Assembly: GCA_947259795.1 (NCBI GenBank) | Contig: CAMYNJ010000139.1 | Location: forward strand, 7,850 to 71,849 | Direction of reading: 5' to 3' | DNA length: 64,000 nt | DNA from: an uncultured Alphaproteobacteria bacterium | GTDB lineage: Bacteria; Pseudomonadota; Alphaproteobacteria; UBA8366; JADFVY01 | Program-made: the position numbers and the translations under genes | Notes under the pieces: generated by a model | The model's database searches: none | Told to the model about the DNA's origin: nothing | The model's input: only the letters and a program-made list of their open reading frames with translations | Part shown: in pieces, positions 61,302 through 64,000 of the stretch | How positions within the stretch are numbered: the stretch's first letter is position 1 | Layout: every line of letters starts with the position of its first letter

Positions 61302-62012
61302 ATGGCGCAAATCGCGACTCATCCCCCTGCAACAGCGCTGCCCTCCGGCAGCGGCGGCCGCAGTGGCGGCGGCATCGGGCGCAGGAAACGTCAGCCGCCG
61401 CGATTGTCCGGGCGCAACGGTTACAGCCTCTTTGTCAGTTCCATGAAGCTGTTGCTGCCGGCCCTGGCCGCGGGACTGGTCTTGTTGGTCATTGCCTGGC
61501 CGCAGATCATGCCGGACATCAGCCGCTCCAGTGTCGACTGGGCAAGGGCGGCGCGCGACCAGGCCAAGACCCTGAACATGCTGAACGCGCGCTACAGCGG
61601 CGTCGACGAGAACGACCAGCCTTTCAACCTCGCCGCCGACCTGGCAACCCAGGCGCCTGACAACAAGGACGTGGTCGAATTGCAGTATCCCAAAGCCGAC
61701 GTCCGCACGACGGCGGGGGATCTGGTGGCGCTTTCCGCGCGCCTTGGCCACTACGACCGCGAGGACGAAACACTGGACCTGACCGGCACCGTGCACGTGA
61801 CCCACGACAAGGGCTTCGATATCACCACCGAAACGGCAACCATCAACCTGAAGAACGGCTCGGCGTCCGGCGATTCGGCGGTCAGCGGCGCGGGACCCTC
61901 CGGGGAGTTGCAGGCCGAGGGTTTCCGTCTGCGCGACCGCGGCCAGATCATCATCTTCACCGGCAAGAGCCGTATGCTCGTCTACCCGGACGCCAAGGAG
62001 AACCTGCCATGA
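61302..62012 (+). CDS. lptC: LPS export system protein LptC-like
   Basis: Single N-terminal TM helix plus a beta-rich periplasmic domain, positioned between kpsF and lptA. Confidence 0.75.
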   Translation: MAQIATHPPATALPSGSGGRSGGGIGRRKRQPPRLSGRNGYSLFVSSMKLLLPALAAGLVLLVIAWPQIMPDISRSSVDWARAARDQAKTLNMLNARYSGVDENDQPFNLAADLATQAPDNKDVVELQYPKADVRTTAGDLVALSARLGHYDREDETLDLTGTVHVTHDKGFDITTETATINLKNGSASGDSAVSGAGPSGELQAEGFRLRDRGQIIIFTGKSRMLVYPDAKENLP

Positions 62013-62938
62013 TCGCAGCCGCGTGCCGTCTTGCGCAGCAGCGTCTGTTCCTGGTGAGCAGCCTTTTTCTGCTGGCGGCGGCGCTGACGGCCGCCCTTGC
62101 GGCGGTACCGGCACGCCAGGCTTTCGGCCAGTCGGTGGAGGATCTGCGTAAGAGCGAAGAGCCGCTGGAGATCAATGCCGAAGAAGGCATCGAGTGGAAC
62201 CGCAACGACAAGACCTATACCGCGCGCGGTAACGCCCGCGCCGCCAGCGGCGATGTCGAGGTGTTGGCCGAGGTGTTGACCGCCTACTACCGCGAACCCG
62301 CAGAGGGTGAGGAAGGCGACAGCGAGATCTTTCTGCTGGAGGCGACCGGCAACGTCCGCATCAATTCGCCTGAAGGCACCGTCTACGGCGACAAGGGGCG
62401 GTACAAGCTCGATGAGCAGGTCTTCATCATGACCGGCAAGGACCTGCGGCTGGAAAGCAAGGATGACCTGGTCACCGCCCGCGACAGCCTGGAGTACTGG
62501 GAAGGTCAGCGTAAGGCCGTGGCCCGCGGCAAGGCCCATGCGACCCATGAGGACAAGCAGATCAGGGCCGACATCCTGACCGCCAACTTCGAGGAAAACG
62601 CCGATGGCGAACTCGAAATGCGCCGCGTCGACGCCAAGGGCAACGTCGAAATCTATACCGCAAAGGAATACGCACGCGGCAGCGAGGGCGTGTACTATGT
62701 CGACAAGGAGTTGGCGACACTGTCCGGCGACGTGAAGATTACCCAGGGGGAAAACCAGCTCGACGGAAAATACGCCGAGGTCAACATGGCCACCGGCATC
62801 AGCAAGCTGCAAGGCGCGGCGCCGGGCAGCGAGGAAGCGCCCAAGCAGGTGAAAGCCCTGGTGCTGCCGCGGGCCTCCAAGGACAAGAAACCGTCCAGCG
62901 AGGAGCCCGCTGCGAAGGACCCGGCAGGCGGTTCCTAG
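62009..62938 (+). CDS. lptA: LptA/OstA-family periplasmic protein
   Basis: Signal peptide and repeated GNV/GDV beta-jellyroll motifs (ARGNARAASGDVEV, ATGNVRI, AKGNVEI, LSGDVKI). Lys/Pro/Glu-rich tail. 4-nt overlap with lptC. Confidence 0.8.
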   Translation: MIAAACRLAQQRLFLVSSLFLLAAALTAALAAVPARQAFGQSVEDLRKSEEPLEINAEEGIEWNRNDKTYTARGNARAASGDVEVLAEVLTAYYREPAEGEEGDSEIFLLEATGNVRINSPEGTVYGDKGRYKLDEQVFIMTGKDLRLESKDDLVTARDSLEYWEGQRKAVARGKAHATHEDKQIRADILTANFEENADGELEMRRVDAKGNVEIYTAKEYARGSEGVYYVDKELATLSGDVKITQGENQLDGKYAEVNMATGISKLQGAAPGSEEAPKQVKALVLPRASKDKKPSSEEPAAKDPAGGS

Positions 62939-63001
62939 AGAAGGCCGCCGACCCGGCTAGGCGCGCCGAAGTAATTTGGACCAAGGTGATTGGGGTGAAA
63001 C

Positions 63002-63811
63002 TTGGTGAGTGAAACGGACAAGGTGATAGACGGGACGGACGAAGGTCGCGACGCCGACGACGAGGAAGGTCCAAGGCTGGTTACGGACAACGTCGGCCTG
63101 ACGGTCGTGAACATCGGCAAGAGCTTCAAGAAGCGGCCGGTGCTGCGTGGCATAACCCTGTCGCTGCAGCGTGGCGAGGCGGTCGGTCTGCTCGGGCCCA
63201 ATGGCGCCGGCAAGACCACCTGTTTCTACATCGTCACCGGCCTCATCGCGCCGGAGTACGGCTGGGTCACCCTCGACGGCCACGACATCACCGATATGCC
63301 GATGTATCGCCGCGCCCGTCTGGGCATCGGCTACCTGCCTCAGGAAGCCTCCATCTTCCGCGGCCTGACCGTCGAGCAGAACATTCGCGGCGTGTTGGAA
63401 GTCATCGAGCCGGTGCGCGAAAAGCGCGAGGTGGCGCTGGAAAACCTGCTCGCCGAGTTTTCCATCACCCACTTGAGGCGCACCCCGGCGGTGGCGCTCT
63501 CCGGCGGTGAGCGTCGCCGTGTCGAAATTGCCCGCGCCCTGGCCTCGCAACCCAGCTTCATCCTGCTCGACGAGCCCTTGGCCGGCATCGATCCGATCGC
63601 CGTCGGCGACATCCGCGACCTGGTTTCGCACCTGAAAGACAGGGGCATCGGGGTGCTGATCACCGACCATAATGTCCGCGAGACCTTGGAGATCGTGGAC
63701 CGCGCCTACATCATCCACGACGGCGTGGTGCTGATGGAAGGCGCGCCGGACGAAATCGTCGCGCACGAGGACGTCCGACGCGTTTACCTCGGCGAAAGGT
63801 TTAGCCTCTAG
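63002..63811 (+). CDS. lptB: LPS export ABC transporter ATPase
   Basis: Walker [10 protein letters not shown], signature LSGGERRR and Walker B ILLDEP. The exact start is uncertain (TTG 63002 or downstream). Confidence 0.93.
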   Translation: MVSETDKVIDGTDEGRDADDEEGPRLVTDNVGLTVVNIGKSFKKRPVLRGITLSLQRGEAVGLLGPNGAGKTTCFYIVTGLIAPEYGWVTLDGHDITDMPMYRRARLGIGYLPQEASIFRGLTVEQNIRGVLEVIEPVREKREVALENLLAEFSITHLRRTPAVALSGGERRRVEIARALASQPSFILLDEPLAGIDPIAVGDIRDLVSHLKDRGIGVLITDHNVRETLEIVDRAYIIHDGVVLMEGAPDEIVAHEDVRRVYLGERFSL

Positions 63812-63823
63812 AAGGTTAAGCGA

Positions 63824-64000
63824 TATGGCGGCGACACAAAGATTGGAACTGCGCCAGCGCCAGTCTCTGGTCATGACGCCGCAATTGCAGCAGGCAATCA
63901 AGCTGTTGCAGCTTTCCAACCTGGAACTTGCGGCTGAAGTTGACCGGGAGCTCGAGCAGAACCCGCTGCTCGATCGCGATGAAGGCGGCAACGAGACCCT
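63824..64000 (+). CDS. rpoN: RNA polymerase sigma-54 factor, N-terminal fragment (runs off the window)
   Basis: Region I signature [29 protein letters not shown], directly after lptB as in most proteobacteria. Confidence 0.95.

Noticed and set aside
59581-62114. Two long minus-strand ORFs (583 aa and 495 aa) spanning rnd, kpsF and lptC
   Set aside because: They are antisense to genes with clear exonuclease, SIS/CBS and LptC features. The products are Arg/Gly/Pro-rich with no domain signatures.

Overview
High-GC chromosomal segment, roughly 60-65% GC by eye, from an alphaproteobacterium. The gene order gltD-gltB, thrS-infC-rpmI-rplT-pheS-pheT and kpsF-lptC-lptA-lptB-rpoN looks Rhodospirillales-like, but that placement is tentative. 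I support about 54 protein-coding genes, one disrupted gene (gltD) and one tRNA-Ser(GGA). I saw no rRNA, CRISPR array, integrase, transposase, phage or recognisable defence genes. Most of the window is housekeeping: yejABEF peptide ABC importer, translation-factor and ribosomal-protein cluster, lepA, GOGAT, LPS transport, envelope glycosyltransferases. The accessory-looking part is about 16.8-29.6 kb, plus a low-GC sensor module at 0.8-3.9 kb. The most notable observations are listed here. (1) A tandem trio of divergent DUF1849/EipB-like periplasmic proteins, two of them with acidic low-complexity additions. (2) gltD is broken by a short out-of-frame internal deletion between its two Fe-S cysteine clusters. 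(3) A REC-PAS-LOV-like-HK-REC hybrid kinase whose LOV-like domain has Arg in place of the photoactive Cys; it is preceded by a near-consensus sigma-54 promoter and lies convergent with a FecR-like/CHASE2 kinase pair. (4) An orphan form-II CoxL-like molybdoenzyme subunit. (5) infC with an ATA start codon. I found no clear-cut novel multi-gene system; the EipB-like trio and the surrounding sensory genes are the best candidate. All family calls rest on motif recognition by eye, with no BLAST or HMM run. Many long ORFs in the track are antisense shadow ORFs typical of high-GC DNA and were discarded.
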